DNA of 64,000 nucleotides. Origin: PVC group bacterium. Lineage in GTDB: Bacteria; Verrucomicrobiota; Kiritimatiellia; CAIKKV01; CAITUY01. A model generated the notes under the pieces. The model saw nothing but the letters and a program-made list of their open reading frames with translations, ran no database searches and had not been told where the DNA came from. The DNA is taken from the NCBI GenBank assembly GCA_945890715.1, contig CAMDCX010000001.1, forward strand, positions 13,751 through 77,750, given 5' to 3'. Position 1 is the stretch's first letter. Each line of letters begins with the position of its first letter. Shown here in pieces: positions 27,578 to 37,627 of this stretch. Made by a program: the position numbers and the translations under genes.

Positions 27578-28703
27578 GTGAATAACGATGATATAAAGGG
27601 CCGCATTCAAGAGTTGCGGGAAAAGACCGATGAAATGCGAGGTTATCTTTGACGTTGCCACCCGCCGTGCCACGTTAAGGGAATTGGAGTCTCAAACCTC
27701 CGCGCCGGATTTCTGGGAAGATCCCAATAAGGCCAAGAATCATCTGGCCAAGGTGAATGAAATCAAGGCCGTTCTCACTCCCTTTGATGAAATCGAGAAA
27801 TTCCTCGAAGAAGCCGGCGTGATGCTCGAACTTGCCGATGCCGAGGCTCCGGGTCCCGCTCGTACCCAGGCCTTGAGCGATGCCGGAAAAGATCTGGATC
27901 GCGCCGATGCCGATTTCCGGAAACTGGAGATGCAATCACTTCTGAACGCCAAATTGGACCGGAACAATGCCTTTGTTACCATTCATGCGGGCGCCGGGGG
28001 GACGGAATCCTGCGACTGGGCCAGCATGCTGTTCAGGATGTTTCAACGGTTTTGCTCCATCAAGGGGTTCGAGGTGGAAGTTCTCGATATTGCGGAAGGG
28101 GATGAGGCTGGGATCAAGTATGCCACCTTCGCCGTGCGCGGCACTTATGCTTACGGGTTCATGAAGTGTGAACGCGGGGTGCACCGGCTGGTGCGAATCA
28201 GTCCGTTCGATTCCAACAAGCGGCGCCATACCTCCTTTGCCTCATTGGATGTGATTGCCGAATTGGATGACGATATTGATATCGTGATTGAAGATAAGGA
28301 TTTGCGTGTCGATACGTTCCGGTCCAGCGGGTCGGGGGGGCAGCATGTCAATAAGACCGATTCCGCCATCCGCATTACCCATATGCCCACCGGGGTGGTG
28401 GTCTCCTGCCAGGCGGAACGTTCCCAGCATGCCAACCGGGCCAAGTGTATGAAGGTGTTGCAGTCGAAACTTTACGAACTGGAACAGGACAAGAAACGCA
28501 AGGATATGGAGCGGTTCTACGGGCAGAAGGGCGAAATTTCCTGGGGTAGCCAAATCCGGTCGTATGTGCTCCAGCCTTATACCATGGTCAAGGATCATCG
28601 GACGGATACGGAAACCAGTAATACCGCGGCCGTTCTGGATGGCGGGTTGGATATGTTTGTGGAAGCCTATTTAAAGCAGTTGAAGGCCTCGGAAAAGAAG
28701 TGA
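27578..28703 (+). CDS. prfB: Peptide chain release factor 2 with programmed +1 frameshift
   Basis: GTG 27578 frame reads to CTT-TGA-C (27647-27653) and continues in the +1 frame; 'SPF' and 'GGQ' motifs. Confidence 0.95.
27638..27653 (+). other. RF2 frameshift cassette (internal SD plus CTTTGAC)
   Basis: CGAGGTTATCTTTGAC. Confidence 0.92.
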
Positions 28704-28710
28704 GGGGTTT

Positions 28711-29595
28711 ATGGCATTGCGCAGCATGACCGGATACGGAAGGGGAGAGGCGTCAGGTCGGGGAATTCGCGTGGAGGCGGAACTGACCTCTGTGAATCGC
28801 AAGCAACTTGAAGTCAGGTTGAACCTTCCCCGCTCTCTCTCTTCCCTGGAGTCCCGGATGGTGGAGTTGATTCAGGGATCTGTCTCGCGCGGGCAGATCA
28901 CGGGAAGCGTGATGATTCATGTGTCCGAGGCCTTGCGCCAGAAAAGCCTGAAGGTTGACCGCGTCATGGCCTCGGCGTACATCGTTGAACTTCGAAAAAC
29001 GGCGGCGGCGTTGAAGTTGACGGATGATCTTTCGGCCAGTCTCCTTTTGGAGCTTCCGGAAGTGGTCCGGTATTGCGGGGCGGACGAGGACGTCGATGCA
29101 GTCTGGCCGGTCCTGGAGAAGGCGCTGAAGGGTTCGCTCAGGAATCTGGTGGTGATGCGCCTTAAGGAAGGCGCCGCGCTGGTGACCGATCTGCAGAAGC
29201 GCGTGAAAAAGCTTACCCACCACCTCGAGGAAATTAAGGCCGAAGCCCCCCATGTCACGCAGCGTTATCGTGAAGCGCTCCGGAAACGGCTGGTTGAGGC
29301 GGGGATCACGCTTCAGGTGGAAGATCCGATGATGATCAAGGAACTGGCCGTATTTGCGGATCGTTCCGATATCACGGAGGAGATTACCCGTCTGGACAGT
29401 CATTTGAAGCAGACCCACGAATTGTTCAAGTCCAGTGAGCCGGCCGGGCGGACCCTTGATTTTCTCGCCCAGGAGATGTTCCGGGAGATCAACACGATCG
29501 GGTCGAAGGCCAACGAGGTCCGGATTACCCGTCAGGTGATCGAGTTCAAGACCGAGTTGGAGCGAATCCGGGAGCAGGTTCAGAATATCGAATAA
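28711..29595 (+). CDS. yicC: YicC/YloC family endoribonuclease
   Basis: 'SMTGYG', 'SVN', 'EE..RL.SH', 'LDFLAQEMFREINTIGSK', 'REQVQNIE'. Confidence 0.93.
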   Translation: MALRSMTGYGRGEASGRGIRVEAELTSVNRKQLEVRLNLPRSLSSLESRMVELIQGSVSRGQITGSVMIHVSEALRQKSLKVDRVMASAYIVELRKTAAALKLTDDLSASLLLELPEVVRYCGADEDVDAVWPVLEKALKGSLRNLVVMRLKEGAALVTDLQKRVKKLTHHLEEIKAEAPHVTQRYREALRKRLVEAGITLQVEDPMMIKELAVFADRSDITEEITRLDSHLKQTHELFKSSEPAGRTLDFLAQEMFREINTIGSKANEVRITRQVIEFKTELERIREQVQNIE

Positions 29596-29619
29596 TAGTG
29601 ATTATCCGGGCATCCTCAA

Positions 29620-29674
29620 GGTGGATCGCGACCTCCGGGCGCGATCAGACGCCGCCCGGAGGTCGGCGTCCACC
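29620..29674. repeat. REP-like inverted doublet (GTGG-head family)
   Basis: GGTGGATCGCGACCTCCGGGCGCGATC followed by an inverted variant ending GGCGTCCACC; related single copy at 735-760. Confidence 0.7.
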
Positions 29675-29720
29675 AAGTGGATGTGGCGACAATAATGGAC
29701 GGGAGATGAGGGGATAAAGG

Positions 29721-30332
29721 ATGATAGGAACAGAAAAAAGACGGGTGTTATTGCTGGTGGTGTCGGCTCCTTCCGGGGCGGGGAAGAGTACGCTGTGCGA
29801 CCGCCTGTTGGCCGATCATTTCTTTATGACCCGTTCCATTTCCTGTACCACCCGTGCCCCCCGCGGCGCCGAGGTGGATGGCAGGGACTACCATTTCTTG
29901 TCCGAGGCTGAATTCAGCCGGCGAGTCGCGGAGGGATTGTTCCTGGAACATGCGGTGGTTCATGGCAACCTGTATGGAACCCTGAGGGCCACGGTGGAGG
30001 AAGGGTTGAAGGCAGGCAAAGACGTTCTCATGGTGATCGATGTACAGGGCGCGTCCTCCGTCCGCGCCGCCGCGCGGGCCGCCGGTGGCATTTTAGGAGA
30101 GTCTTATGTCGATATCTTCATCAGTCCACCCTCCTTGGAGGCCTTGCGCGACCGGCTCCAGGCACGCGGCGAGGATGCGCCTGAGGTGATTGAGCAGCGA
30201 TTGGCCAATGCGCAGGGGGAGATGCTTCGGGCACGGGAATATCAGCACCGAGTCATCAACGACCAACTTGATCAGGCCTATGCCGAGTTACATGCGATTA
30301 TTCAAGCCGAGCATGACCGGACGCCATGCTGA
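29721..30332 (+). CDS. gmk: Guanylate kinase
   Basis: 'SAPSGAGKST', 'TTRAPRGAEVDGRDYHF', 'YGT', 'IDVQG'. Confidence 0.95.
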   Translation: MIGTEKRRVLLLVVSAPSGAGKSTLCDRLLADHFFMTRSISCTTRAPRGAEVDGRDYHFLSEAEFSRRVAEGLFLEHAVVHGNLYGTLRATVEEGLKAGKDVLMVIDVQGASSVRAAARAAGGILGESYVDIFISPPSLEALRDRLQARGEDAPEVIEQRLANAQGEMLRAREYQHRVINDQLDQAYAELHAIIQAEHDRTPC

Positions 30333-31111
30333 CGGATACTCATGTTCATTTTCGCGGGGCGATGACACCGGACGATATCGCGGGTCTGGTGAGCCGGGCC
30401 TCGGTCGCCGGGGTAGGGCGTCTGGTAGCCGTTGGTTGCGAGCCTGATGCCAATGCTGCGGCGCTTCGTGTCGCGGCGATGTTTCCCGAATGTGTCAAGG
30501 CGGCGGTGGCCTATGATCGCAGTCTGGCAGGAACCGGTGTCGGAGCCGGAGCTATTCGGGAGTTGATCCTTTCGGCGCCGGTTGGACATGTGGCGGCCAT
30601 TGGCGAACTCGGACTCGATTTCCATTATATGCCGGAGACGGCGGAACCCCAGCAGGCCTTGATGGCGGAGCAGTTGGAGTTGGCTCGTGAACTCCGGTTG
30701 CCGGTCATCGTGCACAGTCGTGAAGCCGACCAGGAAACCGTGGCGTTATTGTCAGCTCATGCCCGGCAATGGGGCGGGGCACCCAACCGGATCGGGGTGT
30801 TGCATTGTTTTACCGGAACGGAATCCCTGGCCCGTCAGTTACTCGATCTGGGTTTCATGATCAGCTTCAGCGGGATTGTCACCTTCCGTAATGCCGATCC
30901 TCTGCGCGCGGTGGCCCGGGGAATTCCTTCCGACCGACTCCTGATCGAGACCGATACTCCGTACCTGGCGCCCGTTCCCCATCGTGGAAAGCCCAACGAG
31001 CCGTGCTACCTTCCTGATGTGGCCGCCTTGTTGGCCAAAGTGCGGGGAATTGAGATGGCGGAACTTGTCATTCAAACCACCGCCAATGCCGAGAAGCTGT
31101 TCGGATGGTGA
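30326..31111 (+). CDS. tatD: TatD family hydrolase
   Basis: 'DTHVH', 'IGELGLD', 'VHSR', 'HCFTG', 'ETDTPYL'. Confidence 0.92.
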   Translation: MLTDTHVHFRGAMTPDDIAGLVSRASVAGVGRLVAVGCEPDANAAALRVAAMFPECVKAAVAYDRSLAGTGVGAGAIRELILSAPVGHVAAIGELGLDFHYMPETAEPQQALMAEQLELARELRLPVIVHSREADQETVALLSAHARQWGGAPNRIGVLHCFTGTESLARQLLDLGFMISFSGIVTFRNADPLRAVARGIPSDRLLIETDTPYLAPVPHRGKPNEPCYLPDVAALLAKVRGIEMAELVIQTTANAEKLFGW

Positions 31112-32719
31112 TTACAGGGTGTTCAGGAGGTGCTCAGCTGATCGCATGCCATCGATGGCGGAACTGACGATGCCCCCGGCGTATCCGGCGCCTTCCCCAA
31201 CGGGATAGAGGCCGCGTGTGTTGACGGATTCTCCTTCCGCGGTTCGGGTGATCCACAGTGGACTTGAGCTGCGCGTCTCAGGGGCGTACAGGACGGCGTC
31301 CTTCAGCTTTACGCCGTACAATTCCTGTAACATCGGGGGAATGGCCTTCTCCAAAGTGGTCGTGACAAAATCAGGAAGAAGGGTTCGGAATTCAACCGGT
31401 ACGGCCACGGGGCACGAACCTCCTTCCGGGAGCGCGGCAGAAACACTTTTGGCCAGAAAGTCGACCAGGCGTACGGCAGGGACTTTGTAGCCGCCCCCCG
31501 CCGCCGTAAAGGCGTCACGCTCCAGTTTGCGTTGAAACTCGACACCTGCCAATGCGGGAATGGCGTGCTCAGGATAGTCGGCCGGGCCGACGGGAACCAG
31601 AAAGGCGGCATTGCCAAGCGGTAACGACCTTTTTGAATAACTCATGCCGTTCGTGGTCAGAAGTCCCGGTTCCGATGCGCACGTGATGACTTTCCCTCCG
31701 GGGCACATGCAGAAACTGTAGCAGGAGCGGACGTCCTCTTCCTCCCGCCGGGTCAGCCGGAAACTCGCGGGTCCCAGTAGGGGGCTTCCCGCAAATCGCC
31801 CATACTGGGCACGGTCAATGGCCGATTGTGAAATTTCAAGGCGGACACCGACAGCGAAGGGTTTTGGTTGAAGGGCCACGCCTCGGTTTGCCAGCATTTC
31901 ATAGACATCACGGGCGCTGTGTCCCACTGCCAGCACGCAGTGTGTGCAGGCGATTTCGTGCCCGTTCACCACGATTGCCCGAAGTTGGCCTGCTTCAATG
32001 ATGACGGCATCGAGTCGTGATCGGAAACGCACCTCGCCGCCGGTAGCGATGATCCGTTCGCGGAGGCGGGGAACAATCGTCAGCAGAGCATCACTGCCGA
32101 CATGGGGTTCTGCATCGATCAGGACATTTTCATTGGCGCCGCAGGTATGAAGCAGTTTCATGAAGTCCCGGATACGTCCCCGCTCCTTGCTTCGTGCGGT
32201 GAGCTTACCGTCCGAAAATAGTCCCGCGCCCCCCTCGCCATAGAGGACATTGCTTTCCGGATCCAGGATTCCGTCGTTCCAGAACTGAGCCACTTTGGGT
32301 GCCCGCTCTGAGGCCTCGTCACCCCGTTCAATCAGAAGGGGGCGAGCCCCGGCGATCGCCAGTTGGTACGCCGCCATTAAACCGGCGGGGCCGGCACCCA
32401 CCACAACAGGGCGAATGCCGGTTTCAGGAAGAGCTCGAACCCGTGTGCTGGGTATTTCATCCTCTGTCGGACCGGTCACGATTTCCACGGCCGGGCTTGT
32501 TGCCGAGGGAGGCAGGGAGGGGAGATTGAAATCCACTTCAACGGTCAGGGCGTACACCGGTTCCGGGTTGCGGGCCCGGGCATCCAGGGAGCGGCGGACG
32601 ATTTTCGGATTAGCCAGGCAATCGGAATCGCATCCAATTTTACGGCTCACGCGTTGCAGAATCGTTGGGTCGTCATAGGAAAGAGGGACATTGACCTGAT
32701 GGACGAGCAATCTCATCAC
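31112..32719 (-). CDS. FAD-dependent oxidoreductase (uncharacterised, COG2509-like)
   Basis: 'VVGAGPAG', 'GEGGAGLFSDGKL', 'FCMCPGG', 'GEGAGYAGGI'. Confidence 0.85.
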   Translation of the reverse strand: MMRLLVHQVNVPLSYDDPTILQRVSRKIGCDSDCLANPKIVRRSLDARARNPEPVYALTVEVDFNLPSLPPSATSPAVEIVTGPTEDEIPSTRVRALPETGIRPVVVGAGPAGLMAAYQLAIAGARPLLIERGDEASERAPKVAQFWNDGILDPESNVLYGEGGAGLFSDGKLTARSKERGRIRDFMKLLHTCGANENVLIDAEPHVGSDALLTIVPRLRERIIATGGEVRFRSRLDAVIIEAGQLRAIVVNGHEIACTHCVLAVGHSARDVYEMLANRGVALQPKPFAVGVRLEISQSAIDRAQYGRFAGSPLLGPASFRLTRREEEDVRSCYSFCMCPGGKVITCASEPGLLTTNGMSYSKRSLPLGNAAFLVPVGPADYPEHAIPALAGVEFQRKLERDAFTAAGGGYKVPAVRLVDFLAKSVSAALPEGGSCPVAVPVEFRTLLPDFVTTTLEKAIPPMLQELYGVKLKDAVLYAPETRSSSPLWITRTAEGESVNTRGLYPVGEGAGYAGGIVSSAIDGMRSAEHLLNTL

Positions 32720-32728
32720 GAATGAATA

Positions 32729-33022
32729 TCATGGGATCGACGGAAATGAAAGCATAGCCTGTGTTGCGGTGATCCCTTTGACGGATACCCGTTTCTGACG
32801 ACTGGTCTGGCCCGAGAGCAGGGTGACTTGTCGGCGCGGGACATTCAGAACTCCGGCCAGAAATTCCAGTAGTGTGTCATTGGCTTTTCCGTCCACCGGC
32901 GGCGCCTGGAGGCGGATTTTCAGCGCCTCACCGTGAAGTCCCTGAATCTGGTTTTTGGCGGCGCGCGGTGTGGCGTGTATGGACAGGACAACGCCTTCTT
33001 TGGTTTCAGTTATCCAACTCAT
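32729..33022 (-). CDS. DUF167 / YggU family protein
   Basis: 'LKIRLQAPPVDGKAN', 'GQTSRQK'. Confidence 0.9.
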   Translation of the reverse strand: MSWITETKEGVVLSIHATPRAAKNQIQGLHGEALKIRLQAPPVDGKANDTLLEFLAGVLNVPRRQVTLLSGQTSRQKRVSVKGITATQAMLSFPSIP

Positions 33023-33249
33023 GTTGTTATACTGACGGGCTCGGTCAGGACAGTCGAGACAAGAAAATCATTTCGGCGCTTCCTTCGGTCTATCAACGGC
33101 TTAACAATTTGACGCTAGCGGAGAGGGGGAAAAGGCTTGAAGAAGATGGTGGTGAAGTACTATAGTCTGACTGTTTTTTTGTGCTCGATTAGGAAATCAA
33201 CCGGATGAATGAATCATCCGGAAAAACTCTGGAAAGGGAGTTGAAGGCT

Positions 33250-36200
33250 ATGGCTGAGAATAAGAACATGATCATGGTGGATGGAAATCAGGCGGTTGCC
33301 AATGTCGCCCATGCCACGAACGAAGTTTGCGCGATTTATCCGATTACCCCCTCCTCCGCGATGGGCGAATGGGCTGATGAGTATAGTGCCGCTGGCATGA
33401 AGAATGTCTGGGGAACGATCCCGCAAGTGGTGGAGATGCAGTCCGAGGGCGGCGCGAGTGGCGCGGTTCATGGCGCGTTGGCCACCGGTGCCCTGACGAC
33501 GACGTTCACGGCCTCTCAGGGTCTGCTTCTGATGATTCCCAACATGTACAAGATTGCCGGTGAGCTCACCAGTACGGTATTCCATGTCACCGCCCGTTCC
33601 CTGGCCTGTCAGGGGTTGTCGATTTTCGGCGACCACTCGGACGTCATGGCCGTGCGCCAGACCGGGTTTGCGATGCTGGCTTCTGCCAGCGTTCAGGAAG
33701 CGCATGATTTCGCCCTCATTTCGCAGGCGGCTACCTTGCAGGCGCGGGTTCCCTTCGTGCATTTCTTTGACGGCTTCCGGACGTCCCATGAAGTTCAGAA
33801 GATTGAATCCATTTCCAGCGATGTAATTCGTGCGATGGTTACGGATGATCTTGTATTTGCCCATCGCCGGCGCGCCCTGTCGCCTGATCGTCCCATGATC
33901 CGGGGTACCGCCCAGAATCCGGATGTGTATTTCCAGGGTCGCGAAACCGTCAACAAGTATTACGATGCCTGTCCGGGTATTGTGCAGAAGACCATGGATC
34001 AGTTTGCCAAGCTGACGGGTCGCCAGTATCACCTGTTCGATTACGTCGGAGCCCCGGATGCCGAGCGCGTGATCATCATTATGGGGTCAGGCGCCGAGAC
34101 CGTTCATGAAACAGTTGAGGCTCTGGTTGCCAAAGGCGAAAAGGTCGGCGTGCTCAAGGTTCGCCTGTTCCGTCCCTGGGATATCAAGACCTTCGTCAAG
34201 ACCCTGCCGGAAACCGTTCGCTCCATTGCCGTCTTGGATCGCACCAAGGAGCCGGGCTCCATCGGTGAGCCGATGTACGAAGATGTCCGGACCGCAATCG
34301 GCGAGGCGCAGAGCGAGAAGCTCATGCAGACCAAGTTCTATCCCCTGGTCGTTGGCGGCCGCTACGGCCTTGGTTCCAAGGAATTCACCCCGGCCATGGT
34401 GAAGGCTGTTTTCGACAATCTCGTCACCGGTAAAAAGAATCACTTCACAATCGGAATCAACGACGACGTGACGAATACGAGTCTGTCCTTTGACCCGTCT
34501 TTTCAACTCGAGCACAAGGGCCGAATCGAGGCCATGTTCTACGGGCTTGGGTCCGACGGCACGGTGGGCGCCAACAAGAATTCGATCAAGATCATCGGGG
34601 ACGACACGGATTTCTCCGCACAGGGGTATTTCGTGTACGATTCGAAGAAGGCCGGCACGATCACCGTGTCGCACCTGCGATTCGGACCCGGCTTGATCCG
34701 CAGTCCATACCTTTGCACCAAGGCCGACTTCGTGGCCTGCCATAACTTCTCATTCGTCGAGAAGTACGACATGCTGGCGACAGCCAAGATGGGGGCCGCA
34801 TTCCTGCTGGCAAGCCCGTTCACGGCGGCGGAAGTCTGGAATCATATGCCCGATGAACTGGAACAGCAGATCATCGACAAGAAAATCAAGTTCTATGTGA
34901 TTGATGCCAATAAATTGGCCGCCGATCTCGGGTTGGGCGCCCGCATCAATACCCTGATGCAGACCTGTTTCTTCAGCATTTCCGGTGTTCTGCCCCAGGC
35001 AGAAGCCGTTGAAAGCCTCAAGAAGGCCATTAAGAAGAGTTACGGTCGCAAAGGCGATGATGTGGTTAAGTCTAACTTCCAGGCTGTGGATGCCGCCGTT
35101 GCCGCCATCCAGCCTGTCAAGGTTCCTGCCACGGTTGCCGGCAAGGTGAAAATGCCTGCCGTTGTCCCGGCGGATTCCCCGGAATTCGTGCGGACCGTTA
35201 CGGCGACTCTGATCAAGCAGAAGGGTGACAGCATTGCCGTGAGCCAGATGCCCGAGGATGGAACCTGGCCGACTGGGACGACCCAGTACGAGAAACGGAA
35301 CATTGCGGTTGAGATTCCCGAATGGAATCCCGATCTGTGCATCCAGTGCGCCCAGTGTTCGCTGGTTTGCCCCCATGCGGCAATCCGTGTCAAGGCCTAC
35401 GATGCGAAGGCCTTGGCCTCTGCGCCGAAGACCTTCAAGTGCAGCGATGCCAAAGGTAAGGAATTTGCCGGCCTTAAGTTCACCGTTCAGGTGGCTCCGG
35501 AAGATTGCACCGGGTGCGGCGCCTGTGTCTGGAATTGTCCCGGACGGGAGCGCGACAAGGCGACCAAGCAGGAAACTGGCAAGCGCGCGATTATGATGGC
35601 GCCCCAGTTGCCGCTTCGCGAAAATGAGGCCGAGAACTTCAAGTTCTTCCTGGCGCTTCCTGAAACAGACGTCAAGCTCTACAAGAAGGACACGGTCAAG
35701 GGCAGCCAGTTCGTAAAGCCGTTGTTTGAGTTCTCCGGAGCCTGTGCGGGTTGCGGCGAGACGCCGTACGTCAAGTTGCTGACCCAGTTGGTGGGCGACC
35801 GTCTGTATATCGCCAATGCCACAGGCTGTACGTCGATCTATGGCGGGAACCTGCCCACGACCCCTTACGCAAAGCGGGATGATGGACGCGGTCCGTGTTG
35901 GGCAAACTCGTTGTTCGAGGACAACGCCGAGTTTGGCTACGGGATGCGCCTGACGGTTGATAAGTTCAATGAGTACGCTCTGGAACTTGTGGATCAGTTG
36001 ATCGGGGGTGCCTGTGACAGCCTGAAGGCGGACAAGGATCTCCTGACGGCCATCAAGACGGCGGATCAGACAACGCAGGCCGGGATTGAGGAGCAGCGTG
36101 CCCGGGTGGCTACGCTCAAGACCAAGCTGGCCGGTTGCAAAGCCGAGTCCTGTACGCGGTTGCTCTCACTGGCCGATTATCTGGTGAAGAAGTCCGTCTG

Positions 36201-36870
36201 GGTACTGGGCGGCGATGGCTGGGCCTATGATATCGGCTATGGTGGCTTGGATCATGTCCTTGCCTCAGGCCGCAATATCAAGATATTGGTGGTGGATACA
36301 GAAGTGTATTCCAATACCGGCGGCCAGGCTTCCAAGTCGACCCCGATGGGCGCTGTGGCCAAGTTCGCGGCAGGCGGAAAACCGTCCATGAAGAAGGATC
36401 TGGGTATGATCTCGATGACCTACGGGAACATCTATGTGGCCACCGTGGCGTTGGGTGCGAACCCGGGCCAGTGCGTGAAGGCGTTCATGGAAGCCGAGCA
36501 GTATGACGGTCCCGCCATCATCATTGCCTACTCGCATTGCATCGCCCACGGGATTGACATGACCTCGGGTATGCAGGGCCAGAAGGATGCCGTGAATTCG
36601 GCTCACTTCCCGCTGTACCGGTTCAATCCGGAGCTGTCGGCGCAGGGCAAGAATCCACTTGTGCTGGACAGCAAGGCTCCGACGATGAAGTTCAGCGAGC
36701 ATGCCATGAAGGAAAACCGGTTCCGTGTATTGAAGAAGATCAATCCGGAACAGGCCACGAAACTCATGGCCATTGTGGATCAGAAGGTTTTGGCCAAGTT
36801 CGATATGCTCACCAAGCTGGCGGGTATGCCGCCCTGCACGGGTGAAGTGACTTCGGCCCCGCAGGCCTGA
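33250..36870 (+). CDS. nifJ: Pyruvate:ferredoxin (flavodoxin) oxidoreductase, single-chain
   Basis: 'YPITPS', 'MQSEGGA', two CxxCxxCxxxCP ferredoxin motifs, 'GACAGCGE', 'GGDGWAYDIG'. Confidence 0.96.
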   Translation: MAENKNMIMVDGNQAVANVAHATNEVCAIYPITPSSAMGEWADEYSAAGMKNVWGTIPQVVEMQSEGGASGAVHGALATGALTTTFTASQGLLLMIPNMYKIAGELTSTVFHVTARSLACQGLSIFGDHSDVMAVRQTGFAMLASASVQEAHDFALISQAATLQARVPFVHFFDGFRTSHEVQKIESISSDVIRAMVTDDLVFAHRRRALSPDRPMIRGTAQNPDVYFQGRETVNKYYDACPGIVQKTMDQFAKLTGRQYHLFDYVGAPDAERVIIIMGSGAETVHETVEALVAKGEKVGVLKVRLFRPWDIKTFVKTLPETVRSIAVLDRTKEPGSIGEPMYEDVRTAIGEAQSEKLMQTKFYPLVVGGRYGLGSKEFTPAMVKAVFDNLVTGKKNHFTIGINDDVTNTSLSFDPSFQLEHKGRIEAMFYGLGSDGTVGANKNSIKIIGDDTDFSAQGYFVYDSKKAGTITVSHLRFGPGLIRSPYLCTKADFVACHNFSFVEKYDMLATAKMGAAFLLASPFTAAEVWNHMPDELEQQIIDKKIKFYVIDANKLAADLGLGARINTLMQTCFFSISGVLPQAEAVESLKKAIKKSYGRKGDDVVKSNFQAVDAAVAAIQPVKVPATVAGKVKMPAVVPADSPEFVRTVTATLIKQKGDSIAVSQMPEDGTWPTGTTQYEKRNIAVEIPEWNPDLCIQCAQCSLVCPHAAIRVKAYDAKALASAPKTFKCSDAKGKEFAGLKFTVQVAPEDCTGCGACVWNCPGRERDKATKQETGKRAIMMAPQLPLRENEAENFKFFLALPETDVKLYKKDTVKGSQFVKPLFEFSGACAGCGETPYVKLLTQLVGDRLYIANATGCTSIYGGNLPTTPYAKRDDGRGPCWANSLFEDNAEFGYGMRLTVDKFNEYALELVDQLIGGACDSLKADKDLLTAIKTADQTTQAGIEEQRARVATLKTKLAGCKAESCTRLLSLADYLVKKSVWVLGGDGWAYDIGYGGLDHVLASGRNIKILVVDTEVYSNTGGQASKSTPMGAVAKFAAGGKPSMKKDLGMISMTYGNIYVATVALGANPGQCVKAFMEAEQYDGPAIIIAYSHCIAHGIDMTSGMQGQKDAVNSAHFPLYRFNPELSAQGKNPLVLDSKAPTMKFSEHAMKENRFRVLKKINPEQATKLMAIVDQKVLAKFDMLTKLAGMPPCTGEVTSAPQA

Positions 36871-36890
36871 CACGCGTAATAGAAAGATCG

Positions 36891-36931
36891 ACAGGGCGGC
36901 CTGAGTCAAATCAGGTCGCCCTGTTTTTTTT
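36891..36931 (+). terminator. Rho-independent terminator after PFOR
   Basis: ACAGGGCGGCCTGA/TCAGGTCGCCCTGT stem followed by a T run. Confidence 0.88.
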
Positions 36932-36972
36932 GAAAACACGCACCGTGGATCAAGGGGAAAGGGATAATGGAC

Positions 36973-37200
36973 TCATGACCCAGGACTTGGGGAGGGGGGC
37001 TCGACCTGGCGGGTTCCTTTGCAGTTGGGGTAAGCGGTGCAGCCCCAGAAATCGTGGCCTGCATTTTTGCCTGCCCGTGCCTTGCGCTTTTGCATGGGTT
37101 TTTCGCAAAGGGGGCAGGCTGGGGAGGGCTCGCCTGATGCGGCGGTACCCCGTGTGTGGCCTTGAGATGAGATCTGCTGATGAGGCGCTTTTCGGTTTGC
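36973..37200 (-). pseudogene. Orphan topoisomerase-type C4 zinc-finger fragment
   Basis: 'PACPLCEKPMQKRKARAGKNAGHDFWGCTAYPNCKGTR'; no convincing start codon; 5' boundary approximate. Confidence 0.55.
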
Positions 37201-37273
37201 TGATAGAAGAATCGTTATGGTGGCCGATAGACGGGGGCACCTTATTCCAGGCACAATACGCCAGTATCCAATA

Positions 37274-37303
37274 TTGACAAGGAGTAAGCCAATGGCGTAT
37301 AGT
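37274..37303 (+). promoter_or_regulatory. TA promoter TTGACA-N18-TATAGT containing the operator-like palindrome TAAGCCAATGGCGTA
   Basis: Near-consensus hexamers; palindrome at 37285-37299; extra half-site TACGCCA at 37257-37263. Confidence 0.65.
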
Positions 37304-37627
37304 GATGTGGTAGTGTTTATTGAGACACCTGTATTTACAAGGCAGATCGAAGACCTGTTGACGGAGGATGAATACTGTGGACTCCAGCAGGCTTTGATTC
37401 TCAATCCAGGGGTGGGTGATGTGATACGTAACAGTGGCGGGTTACGGAAGGTGCGGTGGCGAGCGGGATCAAAGGGGAAACGTAGCGGGATCCGGGTGAT
37501 CTATTATTGGTTCGTTCGCGAGCATGAAATTTATATGCTTCTTGCGTATGGTAAAAATCAAAAGGATGATTTATCTCCAAGGGAATTAAGCATTTTACGG
37601 GGGGGCGTTCATAAGGTGCAGTTATGA
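37292..37627 (+). CDS. higB: RelE/HigB-family toxin
   Basis: 'FIETPVF', 'G..I..SGGLRKVRW', 'GKRSGIRVIYY', 'Y.KN.KDDL'; true start may be GTG 37307 or 37313. Confidence 0.85.
   Translation: MAYSDVVVFIETPVFTRQIEDLLTEDEYCGLQQALILNPGVGDVIRNSGGLRKVRWRAGSKGKRSGIRVIYYWFVREHEIYMLLAYGKNQKDDLSPRELSILRGGVHKVQL

Noticed and set aside
27630-27652. ORF-track start for prfB, or a frameshifted pseudogene call
   Set aside because: Explained by the canonical programmed frameshift.
37599-37606. G-run near the higB 3' end as a phase-variation tract
   Set aside because: Short, at the extreme C-terminus, and the frame ends in a proper ATGA overlap with higA.
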